From: an uncultured Ignavibacteriaceae bacterium
Lineage (GTDB): Bacteria; Bacteroidota; Ignavibacteria; UBA10030
Direction: 5' to 3'
Assembly (NCBI GenBank): GCA_964480945.1
Contig: CAYZRX010000005.1
Coordinates: forward strand, 21,556 to 85,555
DNA: 64,000 nucleotides
Numbering within the stretch: position 1 is the first letter of the stretch; each line of letters begins with the position of its first letter. A program made the position numbers and the translations under genes. The notes under the pieces were generated by a model. It saw only the letters and a list, made by a program, of their open reading frames with translations, was not told the DNA's origin and made no database searches. Shown here piece by piece: positions 10,799 to 22,213 of the stretch.

Positions 10799-11872
10799 AT
10801 GCAAAGGACCATACTCCTCATCGTAGCGCTCCTTCTCGGCACCTTCCGCCAGCAAACCATCAACGCCCAGCAAGAGCCAGGGAAATACCACGACTGGTGG
10901 AACGATCAGAACATCGGGGCAGCCTTCAACAGCCCAAATGCGAAAAGACTCCCCCTCATTCAAGTGCGGGGGAACACTTTCGTCAATGAGCGCGGCGATA
11001 CCGTGCTGCTCCGCGGGCTCGCGATCTCCGATCCGGACAAGATCGAACACCAGGGCCATTGGAGCAAGGATCATTTTGTGAAAGTGAAGGGAATGGGGGC
11101 GATGATCGTCCGCATTCCCGTCCACCCGATCGCCTGGCGCGAACGCATGCCGGCACGATACCTTCGACTGCTCGATCAGGCTGTCGAATGGTGCACGGAC
11201 CTGGGGATGTACGTCATGATCGATTGGCACACGATCGGCAACTTGAAGATGGAGCTGTTCCAGGATCCGATGTACGACACAACTCCGAAGGAGACCTATG
11301 ATTTCTGGCGTACGATCGCACGGCATTTCAAGGGGAACAATACCGTCGCGTTCTACGAACTCTTCAACGAACCGACCCTCTACCACGGCCAACTGGGCAG
11401 AATGTCCTGGAGTGAATGGAAGAAGATCAACGAGGATATCATCCATCTGATCCGTGCGTATGACGACGGAACGATCCCGCTTGTCGCCGGCTTCGATTGG
11501 GCGTATGATCTGACGCCGCTGCACATCGAGCCGATCGAAGCAGAAGGCATCGGCTACGTTACGCATCCGTATCCGCACAAGCGCGGGAAGCCGTACGAAC
11601 CGAAATGGGAGGAGGATTTCGGCTTTGCAGCAAACCGCTATCCGGTCTTCGCGACGGAATTTGGATTTACCCTGGGTAAAGAGGGAATGGCGGAGAATGG
11701 CGAGTACGGCACAGCCATTATCAACTACCTTGAAGAAAAAGGGATCAGCTGGATTGGCTGGGTGTTCGATCCGGAATGGTATCCCAGAATGTTCGAATCG
11801 TGGGACACGTACAGGCTGACGGAGTCGGGCGAGTTCTTTAAGGAAGCTCTGCAGGGGAGGGTCGCCAAGTGA
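10799..11872 (+). CDS. GH5 endoglucanase/cellulase-family enzyme
   Basis: VMIDWH, ELFNEP, HPY, ATEFG; signal peptide. Confidence 0.88.
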   Translation: MQRTILLIVALLLGTFRQQTINAQQEPGKYHDWWNDQNIGAAFNSPNAKRLPLIQVRGNTFVNERGDTVLLRGLAISDPDKIEHQGHWSKDHFVKVKGMGAMIVRIPVHPIAWRERMPARYLRLLDQAVEWCTDLGMYVMIDWHTIGNLKMELFQDPMYDTTPKETYDFWRTIARHFKGNNTVAFYELFNEPTLYHGQLGRMSWSEWKKINEDIIHLIRAYDDGTIPLVAGFDWAYDLTPLHIEPIEAEGIGYVTHPYPHKRGKPYEPKWEEDFGFAANRYPVFATEFGFTLGKEGMAENGEYGTAIINYLEEKGISWIGWVFDPEWYPRMFESWDTYRLTESGEFFKEALQGRVAK

Positions 11873-12032
11873 CGCACACGGGACTCTCAATAGGAGGAAG
11901 AGAAACGACAAATGCTGTTCTCCCCCATTCGACCTTTGATTCCTTCCTCATGATTCGGTAAAGTACACGGAGGATTTTCCCTTCCACAAAATGTGGTTAT
12001 GATACCTGGCAGGATGCTGAAAGACCCTAGAA

Positions 12033-12150
12033 TGTCATTCCCCCCAAGGGGCAAGCGGCCGAGCGAAGCGAAGAGCCGGAATCCAGAATATGGATTATTT
12101 CTGGACACCCGCTTTTCACGAAGTGATGCCTTCGGCACGCGGGTGTGACA
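12033..12150. repeat. REP/BIME-like palindromic element
   Basis: TGTCATTCCC..GGAATCCAG..CTGGACACCCG..GCGGGTGTGACA with nested inverted repeats and a GCC-TTC-GGC hairpin; intergenic. Confidence 0.6.
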
Positions 12151-12202
12151 TAATTTGGAGTTTTTCAGCACCCTCCTAGTTCGCAATCAAATGGAATCTC
12201 GG

Positions 12203-14266
12203 ATGAAAAACAATGGACGGTTCTTCGCGGCGGCAATTGCCGCACTCATGGTTGCTGATGTCTGCGCGCAACAATCGAGCGACATCAGACTCAATCAAAT
12301 CGGCTTCTACCCGACGATGCCGAAGGTGGCGATCGTTCGGAACACTGGGTCGGCCACCTTCTACATTCTCGATACCTCATCGCAGGATACGGTTTTTCAG
12401 GGAGCGTTGAGCCAACAGCAGCAGTGGCCTTATTCCGGAGAGTCGGTGAGTCGAGCGGACTTTTCGGATCTCACGTCAATCGGCAGATATGTCCTTGCCG
12501 TGCCTGGGGTCGGGTCATCCTCTCCGTTTGAGATCAAGCCGCATGTCCACCAAGACCTTGCGATCGGCGTCTTGAAGGGGTACTACTATCAGCGTGCGTC
12601 CCTCGAACTGACGTCCGAGTATGCAGGAGTTTGGGCCAGGGCGCTCGGACATCCGGACGCGAGCGTGCTGATTCACCCGTCGGCGGCAACGGCCCAACGG
12701 CCGGCATACAGCTCCATTTCCGCCCCCAAGGGATGGTATGATGCAGGCGACTACAACAAGTACATCGTCAATTCCGGGATTTCGACCTATACGATCCTCG
12801 CTACGTTCGAACATTTTCCAGAGTACTGCGCCAAGCTCAACACAAAGATTCCAGAGAGCACGAACTCTCTGCCCGATATCCTTGACGAAGCTCTGTGGAA
12901 CCTCCGCTGGATGCTGACAATGCAGGATCCCAATGACGGAGGTGTGTATCACAAACTCACGAACGCGAACTTCGACGGTTGGATCATGCCGGCGGAGGCG
13001 ACGACACCGCGGTATGTAGTGATGAAATCCACTGCAGCGACGCTAGATTTCGCGGCCGTGACAGCACAGGCGGTGCGGATTTTCCGAGACTTTGAATCTG
13101 TCCTGCCCGGTTTTGCCGACACATGCCTGCAGGCGTCATACAAGGCGTGGAACTGGGCACGGCAACATCCTGCAATCTCCTACAATCAGACTCAAATGAA
13201 CAATCAGTTTTCCCCCCCCGCCCCCGCGATCAGCACCGGTGAGTACGGCGATGGCTACTTCCAGGATGAATTCGACTGGGCCGCGGCTGAGCTCTTCGTG
13301 ACAACGAAGAGCGACAGCTTTCTGAACATCGCCAATCCGCTCAACACGCCCACGGCGATCGTTCCGAGCTGGCCGAATGTTCGGACTCTGGGTCTGTACT
13401 CCCTTGCTCAATACCGAACCACGATCGCGGACAAAGTCGACACGTCAGACGTGAGGAACAAACTCATCGCATTGGCCAATAGCCTTCGCTCGTCGATGGA
13501 TGCCTCCGCGTATCGAGTCGCCATGGGCGCTCAGAGTTATGATTTTGTCTGGGGGAGCAATGCAATAGCGGCCAATCAAGGGATGGCGTTGCTCTGCGCC
13601 TATGAGCTCACGGGCGACAGCACCTATCTTCGGGCGGCCCTCGCGAACCTGGACTACCTGCTGGGGCGCAACGGAACGACCTACTGCTTTGTCACAGGGT
13701 TCGGTTCGCTGTCTCCGATGCACATTCACCATCGCCCGTCGAAAGCCGACAATATCGTGCTTCCTGTTCCCGGCTTGTTGGCTGGAGGTCCAAACCCTCG
13801 TCAAGAGGATGGGGTCAAGAGTTACCCATCGAGCTTGCCGGCCTTGTCCTATATCGATAACGACGATTCCTACGCTTCGAATGAGATTTGCATCAACTGG
13901 AATGCGCCGCTGGTCTTTCTCGCTGTGGGACTCGAGGCGCTCACGTCGCCGGATGGATTTCCAACCGGAATGCTCGATGACCATGGGATGGCGCCCGTCC
14001 CTGGCGACTATGGACTGATGCAGAACTATCCGAATCCATTCAACCCGACGACAACGATCGAGTATGTCGTTCCCCGCGAAAGTCTCGCCGTGCTGAAACT
14101 CTACAATCTGCTCGGCCAGGAAGTGCGAACCCTCTACCAGGGCTGGGCAAGTCCCGGCTATCATAAGGTTAGCTTTGAAACATCAGATCTGTCAAGCGGG
14201 GTGTACATCTACAGGTTGACGACAGACGGCGTCATCTTAAGTAAGAAGATGATTCTCGCCAAATAG
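12203..14266 (+). CDS. GH9 endoglucanase with N-terminal Ig (CelD-like) domain and T9SS C-terminal domain
   Basis: IRLNQIGF, GWYDAGDYNK, HHRPS, YASNEICINWNA; CTD QNYPNPFNP...KKMILAK. Confidence 0.93.
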   Translation: MKNNGRFFAAAIAALMVADVCAQQSSDIRLNQIGFYPTMPKVAIVRNTGSATFYILDTSSQDTVFQGALSQQQQWPYSGESVSRADFSDLTSIGRYVLAVPGVGSSSPFEIKPHVHQDLAIGVLKGYYYQRASLELTSEYAGVWARALGHPDASVLIHPSAATAQRPAYSSISAPKGWYDAGDYNKYIVNSGISTYTILATFEHFPEYCAKLNTKIPESTNSLPDILDEALWNLRWMLTMQDPNDGGVYHKLTNANFDGWIMPAEATTPRYVVMKSTAATLDFAAVTAQAVRIFRDFESVLPGFADTCLQASYKAWNWARQHPAISYNQTQMNNQFSPPAPAISTGEYGDGYFQDEFDWAAAELFVTTKSDSFLNIANPLNTPTAIVPSWPNVRTLGLYSLAQYRTTIADKVDTSDVRNKLIALANSLRSSMDASAYRVAMGAQSYDFVWGSNAIAANQGMALLCAYELTGDSTYLRAALANLDYLLGRNGTTYCFVTGFGSLSPMHIHHRPSKADNIVLPVPGLLAGGPNPRQEDGVKSYPSSLPALSYIDNDDSYASNEICINWNAPLVFLAVGLEALTSPDGFPTGMLDDHGMAPVPGDYGLMQNYPNPFNPTTTIEYVVPRESLAVLKLYNLLGQEVRTLYQGWASPGYHKVSFETSDLSSGVYIYRLTTDGVILSKKMILAK

Positions 14267-14284
14267 CCTATCAAGGTTGAGATT

Positions 14285-16798
14285 ATGCGTTACGGACACT
14301 TCGACGATAAGAAGCGCGAGTATGTCACTACCAGGCCGGACACGCCGCTTCCCTGGATCAACTACCTGGGTTGCGAGGCGTATTTCGGAATCATCTCGAA
14401 CACGGCTGGAGGTTACTCCTTCTATCGTGATGCACGGCTGCGCCGCCTGACGCGCTATCGCTACAACAACGTTCCCTTTGATCTTGGCGGACGTTACATC
14501 TACCTGCGTGACAACGAGGACGGTCAATTCTGGTCTCCTTCATGGCAGCCAACCCGGCACGACGTCGAAGCCTACGCCTGCCGGCACGGCATGGGTTACA
14601 GCATTATCGGTTCAACCTTCAAGCGCATCAACGCCGAAACACTCTACTTTGTCCCGCTTGGCGAGAACCTTGAGATCTGGCGACTGAGCGTTACGAATCT
14701 CCGGAAGAAACCGGCCCGGCTGTCCGTCTTCTCCAGCATCGAATTCTGTCTCTGGGATGCCCAGGATGATGCGACGAACTTCCAGCGCAATTTCAACACC
14801 GGCGAGGTCGAAATCGAAGGGGCCGTCCTTTATCACAAGACGGAATACCGCGAGCGGCGGGATCACTTTGCCTACTTCGCCTGCTCGGAGAAACTGGCTG
14901 GCTTTGATACACAACGCGACGTCTTCTTGGGTCCCTACCGGAGCTGGGACAACCCGATCGCTGTGGAGCGGGGACGCTCATTCAATTCGGTCGCCCACGG
15001 CTGGGCGCCGATCGGATCGCATCACGTCAAACTCAATCTGAATGCCGGCGAGACACGACAGGTGATTTTCCTTCTGGGGTACCACGAGAATCCCGCAGAT
15101 CAGAAGTTCGATATTGGCAAACGCCTCGCCGGATCGAGTCCTCCATTCTCGCAGACTCTCAACAAGCTGTCAGCCAAACCGACGATCGCCAAGTATCTGA
15201 AACCGGCCGAGGTGGAGGCGGCTTTCGAGGCTCTCCACAAGTACTGGGAGCGATTGCTAGGCCTGTATCAGGTCAGGACGCCCGATCAACATACGAACCG
15301 GATGGTGAACATCTGGAATGCCTATCAATGCATGGCTACGTTCAACATGTCGAGATCTGCGTCGTTCTATGAATCGGGGATTGGACGGGGTCTCGGATTC
15401 CGTGATTCGAACCAGGATCTCCTGGGATTCGTCCACATGGTGCCGGAGCGCGCCCGCGAGCGCATCCTCGACCTCGCGGCCACCCAGCTTGCAACCGGCG
15501 GCGCGTATCATCAATACCAGCCGCTCACCAAGCGGGGGAACGACGACGTCGGCAGCAATTTCAATGACGACCCATTATGGTTGATCCTCGCGGTCGCTGC
15601 ATATCTGAAGGAAACGGGGGACTGGTCCATTCTCGACGCACCGGTACCTTACGATAACAAACCCGGAAGCGAGACGCCTCTCTACGAGCACCTCGAGCGC
15701 AGCCTACAATACACTCTCGACAGACTCGGCCCTCACGGCTTGCCCCTCATCGGCCGGGCCGATTGGAACGACTGCCTGAATCTCAACTGCTTTTCCGATA
15801 CGCCGGGACAATCATTCCAGACAACCACGAACAAAGATGGCAAGGTTGCCGAGTCCGTCTTCATTGCCGGGTTGTTCGTTCTGGCCGCGAGGGAGCTGGC
15901 GGATATCGCCGAACGGTACCTCCCTATCAGAGGGGAAGGCTTGCAAGGCACTGATGCCGAAAGCTATCGCAAAGCGGCTGAGCGGATGCAGGAGACCGTG
16001 ATCAAGCATGGCTGGGACGGGGCATGGTTCCTTCGGGCCTATGACGATTCCGGGAGGAAGGTCGGCTCCAATGAGTGCCAAGAAGGAAAGATCTTCATCG
16101 AGCCGCAAGGCTTCTGCGTGATGGCTGGGATCGGTCTGAAGGACGGTCTGGCGCAGAAGGCGCTGGACTCCGTGAGCGAGATGCTCGCGACCCGACATGG
16201 CATCGTGCTCCAGCAACCGGCCTATTCAACGTACTACCTGCATCTGGGGGAGATTTCCTCGTATCCGCCCGGCTACAAAGAGAACGCCGGCGTCTTTTGC
16301 CACAACAACCCCTGGATCATGATCGCCGAAACCATGACGGGCAACGGAGACCGGGCGTTTGACTACTATCTCCGCATCAATCCTTCCGCGCGGGAGAAGA
16401 TCGGTCACCTCCATCGCTGCGAGCCGTACGTCTACGCGCAGATGATCGCCGGAAGAGATGCGCCGACGCATGGCGAGGCCAAGAACTCCTGGCTTACCGG
16501 AACTGCGGCCTGGAACTACGTGGCGATTACCCAGTTTATCCTCGGCATCCGCCCCACCTACGAAGGCCTGATGGTCGCTCCGGTCATTCCGTCAAAGTGG
16601 GAAGGCTTTTCGGCAAGCCGACTCTTCCAGGGAGTGCGGTACAATATCAACGTGCGGCGAGCCCCGAAGAGCCCGGGACGGACGGGAAAGGGAAACCGCG
16701 TGCGGCTGACCGTTGATGGAAAGACGACAGACCGCAACATTATTCCGAAGCCTCCCGCAGGCGTCACCAAAGTCTCAGTTGAGGCGCTGTTGGAGTGA
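14285..16798 (+). CDS. GH94 cellobiose phosphorylase-like enzyme
   Basis: [53 protein letters not shown]. Confidence 0.92.
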   Translation: MRYGHFDDKKREYVTTRPDTPLPWINYLGCEAYFGIISNTAGGYSFYRDARLRRLTRYRYNNVPFDLGGRYIYLRDNEDGQFWSPSWQPTRHDVEAYACRHGMGYSIIGSTFKRINAETLYFVPLGENLEIWRLSVTNLRKKPARLSVFSSIEFCLWDAQDDATNFQRNFNTGEVEIEGAVLYHKTEYRERRDHFAYFACSEKLAGFDTQRDVFLGPYRSWDNPIAVERGRSFNSVAHGWAPIGSHHVKLNLNAGETRQVIFLLGYHENPADQKFDIGKRLAGSSPPFSQTLNKLSAKPTIAKYLKPAEVEAAFEALHKYWERLLGLYQVRTPDQHTNRMVNIWNAYQCMATFNMSRSASFYESGIGRGLGFRDSNQDLLGFVHMVPERARERILDLAATQLATGGAYHQYQPLTKRGNDDVGSNFNDDPLWLILAVAAYLKETGDWSILDAPVPYDNKPGSETPLYEHLERSLQYTLDRLGPHGLPLIGRADWNDCLNLNCFSDTPGQSFQTTTNKDGKVAESVFIAGLFVLAARELADIAERYLPIRGEGLQGTDAESYRKAAERMQETVIKHGWDGAWFLRAYDDSGRKVGSNECQEGKIFIEPQGFCVMAGIGLKDGLAQKALDSVSEMLATRHGIVLQQPAYSTYYLHLGEISSYPPGYKENAGVFCHNNPWIMIAETMTGNGDRAFDYYLRINPSAREKIGHLHRCEPYVYAQMIAGRDAPTHGEAKNSWLTGTAAWNYVAITQFILGIRPTYEGLMVAPVIPSKWEGFSASRLFQGVRYNINVRRAPKSPGRTGKGNRVRLTVDGKTTDRNIIPKPPAGVTKVSVEALLE

Positions 16799-16874
16799 GG
16801 AGCTTCGGTGCGATCTGCATCGTCCGTGGAGGCTACGGGAGAAATCGACCATAAATCATCTTCCGAAGGGTCAA

Positions 16875-18581
16875 ATGATGAAGATTCCAGTCTGCGTACT
16901 GCTCCTGCTTCTGGGGTCGTACGCTCATCTCGGTGCAACTGAGTTGATTGACCGTCCTACGAAAGGGCGGCAATACGAAACCCTCAGGTTTCGATTTGTG
17001 GAGAACCTGAACTTTGAAAATCCGTTCGACCTGGAGACGAATCACGTGGAGTTGCTCATCCACCAGCCCGATTTTTCCATGCGAGTCCTCTCCTTTTTCT
17101 ACGATGGCCTGAATACGGACAGCGTGCAGCAGTGGGAAGCGCGCTTCACGCCGAAGCAAGCCGGATTGTATCGCTTCATCGTGCGCATCAACGGGAAGAT
17201 CCAATCACACTTCGATGTGCCCGTCGAGACCAACAAGGGAAAGAACCAAGGAGGACTGAAGGTATCGAAGAAGCTTGGCGTGTTCGAATACGAGAGCGGA
17301 GAAGCGTTTCGGGGGATTGGTCTCAATGTCTGTTGGGCGCGAGACTACGAATACTACTTCAAGAAGATGCAGGCGGCGGGCATGAATATCACCCGCATCT
17401 GGATGTGCCCCTGGCATCTATCCTTCGAGTGGCAAGAGACCGGCCTCGGCCGATACAATCTTGCATCAGCCCACCGGCTCGACACGATCCTCCAGTTGGC
17501 GGACAAGTATGGAATCTTTGTCATCCTGTGTCTGGATTATCATGGTGTGGCCCGCAAGGGTATGGGGTATTTCAGGGAGAATCGCTGGCCGGTCAGTCCT
17601 TACAACAAAGCCAACGGCGGCCCCTGTGCAGAAGCATCAGAGCTTTTCACCAACCCGGTGGCAAAGGAGTTTTTCAAGAAGAAGTACAAATACATCGTTT
17701 CCCGGTTCGGTCACAGCTCCCGCATTGCCGCGTGGGAGTTCTACAACGAGACCGATCTGATGGCGGGAAACTCGATCGCGGAGAATCGTTGGCACATCGA
17801 GATGGCGGAGTACGTTCGCTCCATCGACGTCCACGAGCGCCTCGTCACAACCAGCTCAACCCGTTCGTTTCCGGAAAAGGTCGTGGATGCCTTCAAGTCG
17901 CCCGCGATGGACATCGTCATGTTTCATGAATACAATAAGCTGGACATGGCGCCGTACGTCATAGATTTGCACGAAGCAACAGTTGAATACTATCAGAAGC
18001 CCGTCGTTCTGGGCGAGTTCGGCATCGAGTACCGGGGTGCAGATCGCACGTTCAAGGCCGATTCACAGCATATTGGTCTGCACAATGGGATCTGGGCCGG
18101 TTGGTTCAGCGAGACCCCCGTCATCCCCCTCAGTTGGTGGTGGGACAACTACATTGATCCGCTCAACCTCTGGTCGGAATTTGCGAACCTGTCACGCTTT
18201 GCGGCGGCGATGGACTTCAATGTGGCGCATCTTGCGTTCAAGAGTCTTCCGGCCGGGCCGTTGGAAACGAATCGCCGCCGGCAGGCGGAATCTCTCGTGC
18301 GCTGCATCTACAGTGGAGAAAACTCTGCCCTCTGGTTCAAGAATGAGGAGTATCAATGGTCGATCGTCGGTGAAGGCAAGGAGCCGAAGGAGATCGGTGC
18401 GTTCACTCAAGTCGTTCCCGATCTCGTGCCGGGCCGCTATTCGGTCGCCTGGTATAACCCTCAGACGGGGAAATTCTCTGAGAAGACGACTGAGGTCGAG
18501 GTCAAAGAAGACGGCGTACTCTCGTTCTTGGTCCCATCTTTTTCGAAGGATCTTTCTTGTTTGCTCACGAGGCAGCCGTAG
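16875..18581 (+). CDS. DUF5060-like N-domain plus GH5-like TIM barrel (putative mannanase/glucanase)
   Basis: NPFD and WEARFTP N-domain, AWEFYNE, VLGEFG; signal peptide. Confidence 0.7.
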   Translation: MMKIPVCVLLLLLGSYAHLGATELIDRPTKGRQYETLRFRFVENLNFENPFDLETNHVELLIHQPDFSMRVLSFFYDGLNTDSVQQWEARFTPKQAGLYRFIVRINGKIQSHFDVPVETNKGKNQGGLKVSKKLGVFEYESGEAFRGIGLNVCWARDYEYYFKKMQAAGMNITRIWMCPWHLSFEWQETGLGRYNLASAHRLDTILQLADKYGIFVILCLDYHGVARKGMGYFRENRWPVSPYNKANGGPCAEASELFTNPVAKEFFKKKYKYIVSRFGHSSRIAAWEFYNETDLMAGNSIAENRWHIEMAEYVRSIDVHERLVTTSSTRSFPEKVVDAFKSPAMDIVMFHEYNKLDMAPYVIDLHEATVEYYQKPVVLGEFGIEYRGADRTFKADSQHIGLHNGIWAGWFSETPVIPLSWWWDNYIDPLNLWSEFANLSRFAAAMDFNVAHLAFKSLPAGPLETNRRRQAESLVRCIYSGENSALWFKNEEYQWSIVGEGKEPKEIGAFTQVVPDLVPGRYSVAWYNPQTGKFSEKTTEVEVKEDGVLSFLVPSFSKDLSCLLTRQP

Positions 18582-18774
18582 TTCGGCAATCTCCTTGTCG
18601 AATTGATGAACAATCGTCGGAGATTAGCGTGAGTCGATTGCGCGTGTTACCCAAGTCACAAGATGCCAGAGCTCGCGTACCGAACATTCACGTGGCTCTC
18701 CCTCGACGACTGGGGACTCTGCCATCCACAGTGACGGGTCGGGAATCCTCCAAATAAAGGAAGAGAGGGATAGA

Positions 18775-21018
18775 ATGCGATCCGCGACACGGATGTCTCT
18801 TTTGCTTGCAGCGCTCTTCGTATCGCACGCCGCGCTTTCGCAGACCAACAGGATCAACTACAATGACCAGAAGCTCTTCCTGAGCGGCGCCAACTTAGCA
18901 TGGCTCAGTTTTGCGAACGATCTCGGCCGCGGCTTCACGGACTCTGCGACGTTCGGAGATATCCTTCTTCAAATGCACGATCACGGCGGCAATGCACTCC
19001 GCTGGTGGCTGCACACGAACGGCACAGTGACGCCCGAGTTCAACGATACGGGCCTCGTGATCGGCCCGGGGGCGACGACAATTCAAGATCTGAAGAAGGC
19101 TTTGGACATGGCCTGGGAGAGAGAGATCGGTGTCGATCTCTGTCTGTGGTCCTTCGATATGCTTCGATACCATGGGCCGGGCGCAATCGATAGCGCAGCC
19201 GTGAACCGCAACATGTTGATGCTCACCGACACCAATTACACCGGGGCGTATATCGACAACTGTCTCGTCCCGTTGGTCGATTCGCTGAAAGGTCATCCCG
19301 CGATCATCACGTGGGAAATATTCAATGAACCCGAAGGGATGAGCGACGAATTCGGTTGGAGCGATATTCGACATGTTCCGATGTCTGCGATCCAACGGTT
19401 CGTCAACCTCTGTGCCGGCGCTATTCATCGGACAGATCCGACTGCGCTCGTAACGAGCGGCGCTTGGAGCTTTCTTGCTCTCAGCGATGCCGCCCCGCTT
19501 GCTTCACTTGCCAAGACCGGCTCAGAGCTTTCTCAGTTGAGCACCGCGGAGAAGGAGCGGATTACGGCTTGGTTCAATCGAAAGTACAGATTCTCCATGT
19601 CGACAGGCGATGTCATATCCTACCTGCAGAGAATAGCCGGCATCGCTGGCAAGAACTACTACTCCGATGCTGGCTTGATTGCTGCTGGTGGCGATCCCGA
19701 CGGCATACTTGATTTCTATTCGGTGCACTACTATTATACCATCAATCCTTCGAAGCCCACCTCCATCTCTCCCTTCAGCCATTCAGCGGCCGATTGGCAG
19801 CTCGACAAACCGATCGTCGTTGCAGAATTTGCCCTGAGTGATACCACCCACGGCGTCTCGCGGGGCGGCCACTTCGAACAACTCTATCAGAACGGGTATG
19901 CCGGCGCGCTTGCGTGGTCATGGACGGATGCTGCTTTCTCCTCGCACGACGATATGCTCGCAGCGATGCAGGACATGTGGGATAACCACGAAGCTGATGT
20001 TGATGTCAACGGCATTGGCGGCGACTGGCCGATGGTAAGCATTACCAGTCCGAAGAGTGACTCGACATTTACCGCCGGTGTGCCGATCCAAATCGTCGCG
20101 CAGGCATCGGACAATGACGGCTCTGTCGCCGTGGTTGAGTTCTTTGCCAACGACACAGTGAAAATCGGTGAACAGACCACGACACCCGACTCCATCTACT
20201 CAGCCATCTGGGCCAGCGCCTCGCCGGGCATTTACACGCTTACGGCAGTTGCCACCGACAATGAGGGGCATCAACGGGCGTCCAACAGAGTGCAGATCAC
20301 GGTTGGCACTCCGACGATGACGAGGCTTGAAGCGGAAGGGGCTCTTCGACAGGGGGACGTGTCGAATCTATTTATCCGAAGCTTGTCAGGAGCAAGCGGC
20401 GCTGCTTATGTCGACATTAAGACTAATGACCCTAACACGACAATTACCTGGACGTTCACAAACGTGGCACCGGCTGGCACCTATTACATTGCTTTCGGCT
20501 TCAGATTAGAATACGATCACCCGAAAGCTCAGTTCATCAACGTCAATGGCACCCGCGTTGCGACCGTGACATTCGATGGAAGTTCCTCCACGACATGGTA
20601 TGAAACCGGGCTCGATGTCAACCTGGTTCAAGGACAGAATACCATACAAATGCAGTTGTCATGGGGTTGGATGGACCTCGACTACCTCGCTGTTCCAACC
20701 AATGTCCTCACATCAATCGAAGGATCTCTTGCCGAGCTACCGCGCACCTTTTCTCTCGAGCAGAACTATCCTAACCCATTCAATCCATCGACGGCTATTC
20801 GTTACGAGTTGCCGGCTAAGAGCCTTGTAACGCTGAAAGTATTTGACGTCTTGGGAAGAGAAGCGGCAACGCTCGTGAATGAACAGCAACCCCCAGGAAC
20901 GCATACCGTGCGTTGGGATGCCTCCGTTTTCCCCAGCGGCGTGTACTTTTACCGCCTCGAAGCCAGGAGCACGACGCAAAGCCATGCCAAGACAATGAAG
21001 ATGGTCCTGCTGAAATGA
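18775..21018 (+). CDS. GH5-like mannanase with Ig domain, CBM35/CBM6-like module and T9SS CTD
   Basis: TWEIFNEPEG, YSVHYY, VVAEF; Ig ASDNDGSVAVVEFFAN; RLEAE...WGWMDLDY; QNYPNPFNP CTD. Confidence 0.8.
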   Translation: MRSATRMSLLLAALFVSHAALSQTNRINYNDQKLFLSGANLAWLSFANDLGRGFTDSATFGDILLQMHDHGGNALRWWLHTNGTVTPEFNDTGLVIGPGATTIQDLKKALDMAWEREIGVDLCLWSFDMLRYHGPGAIDSAAVNRNMLMLTDTNYTGAYIDNCLVPLVDSLKGHPAIITWEIFNEPEGMSDEFGWSDIRHVPMSAIQRFVNLCAGAIHRTDPTALVTSGAWSFLALSDAAPLASLAKTGSELSQLSTAEKERITAWFNRKYRFSMSTGDVISYLQRIAGIAGKNYYSDAGLIAAGGDPDGILDFYSVHYYYTINPSKPTSISPFSHSAADWQLDKPIVVAEFALSDTTHGVSRGGHFEQLYQNGYAGALAWSWTDAAFSSHDDMLAAMQDMWDNHEADVDVNGIGGDWPMVSITSPKSDSTFTAGVPIQIVAQASDNDGSVAVVEFFANDTVKIGEQTTTPDSIYSAIWASASPGIYTLTAVATDNEGHQRASNRVQITVGTPTMTRLEAEGALRQGDVSNLFIRSLSGASGAAYVDIKTNDPNTTITWTFTNVAPAGTYYIAFGFRLEYDHPKAQFINVNGTRVATVTFDGSSSTTWYETGLDVNLVQGQNTIQMQLSWGWMDLDYLAVPTNVLTSIEGSLAELPRTFSLEQNYPNPFNPSTAIRYELPAKSLVTLKVFDVLGREAATLVNEQQPPGTHTVRWDASVFPSGVYFYRLEARSTTQSHAKTMKMVLLK

Positions 21019-21176
21019 CTGCTGAGATCTTGATGCTCACTCTGCACCACCATCGGCGTTAGCCTCCGTGTCGTCCGATAATTCCTGCGTTGAAAACGAC
21101 TCTGGGTTGAAGCGGCAGAAATGCAGTGCGGGATAATCTGTAAGAGGCTGAAGACGGAGGGGCTCAGTCGATTGCG

Positions 21177-22172
21177 CTACTCGCCAGGCGCCTGCTGGTA
21201 CGAGCGGAGTAACCGATCCATCATTTCATCGGTTTCCTTCCGAACGATTTTCCTCGCCGGATCCGCTTCAAACCAAGCCAACGTCCGCCTAATCCCCTGG
21301 GCAAACGGTATCGTTGCCTTGAAATCCGGGACGAACCTCTTAATCTTCGTATTGTCGAAAACGACGCTCACCGCCTTATCCCCGAGGAGAGTCCCTGCCA
21401 GTGACGGCTCGCAGCGTGCGATGAAGTCCGACGGAATGTGAACGACATCCGCCTGACAGCCGGCAGCGTCGGCGACCGCTTGATAGATTTGATTCCAGGT
21501 GAGAATCTCGTCGGAAGTGATGTGAAACGCTTGGCCAATAGCCTGTTGATGGCCGAGGAGACCGACAAACCCTTTTGCGAAATCCTCTGCATGCGTCACG
21601 GTCCAGAGGGATGTGCCGTCCCCATGGACGATCACCTGTTTGCCCCGTTTCATCCGATCGATGATCGTATACTCCGTCCAACCCCCGATGGCGACAGGAA
21701 TGACGGTATCGTAGGTCAGGGAGGGACGAACGATCGTGATCGGGAATCCCTCCTCGCGATAGGCGCGGTTCAGCCGTTCTTCACAGGCGATCTTGTTGCG
21801 GGAATACTCCCAGAATGGATTCGAGAGGGGAGTCGATTCGGTAACGATAGGATGGGATAACGGCTTCTGATACGCAGACGCAGAACTGATGAAAATGAAT
21901 TGTTTTGTTTGATGACGGAAGAGATTGATATCCCGATCGATGTCTTGTTCCGTATACGCGATCCAGTCCACGACGGCATCCCAACGATGCTTGGCAAGAT
22001 CGGTTTTCAGTTTCTCCGGATGCGTAATGTCTCCGCTGATGACGCTGGCTCCCGGAAGGTCAAGCGCCCGCGTTCCCCGATTCAGCAAATACAGATCAAC
22101 CCCATGTTCGGCACAGAGCCTGCTCACAGATGCGCTGATGTTTCCGGTGCCACCGATGAATAATACTCTCAA
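21177..22172 (-). CDS. NAD-dependent epimerase/dehydratase (atypical SDR)
   Basis: GGTGNIS, FISSASAY, YSRNK; TTG start behind AAGGAG. Confidence 0.88.
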   Translation of the reverse strand: MRVLFIGGTGNISASVSRLCAEHGVDLYLLNRGTRALDLPGASVISGDITHPEKLKTDLAKHRWDAVVDWIAYTEQDIDRDINLFRHQTKQFIFISSASAYQKPLSHPIVTESTPLSNPFWEYSRNKIACEERLNRAYREEGFPITIVRPSLTYDTVIPVAIGGWTEYTIIDRMKRGKQVIVHGDGTSLWTVTHAEDFAKGFVGLLGHQQAIGQAFHITSDEILTWNQIYQAVADAAGCQADVVHIPSDFIARCEPSLAGTLLGDKAVSVVFDNTKIKRFVPDFKATIPFAQGIRRTLAWFEADPARKIVRKETDEMMDRLLRSYQQAPGE

Positions 22173-22213
22173 AATAGTTCTCCTTTCGGTAACTCATTTG
22201 TACTTCTATTTGT

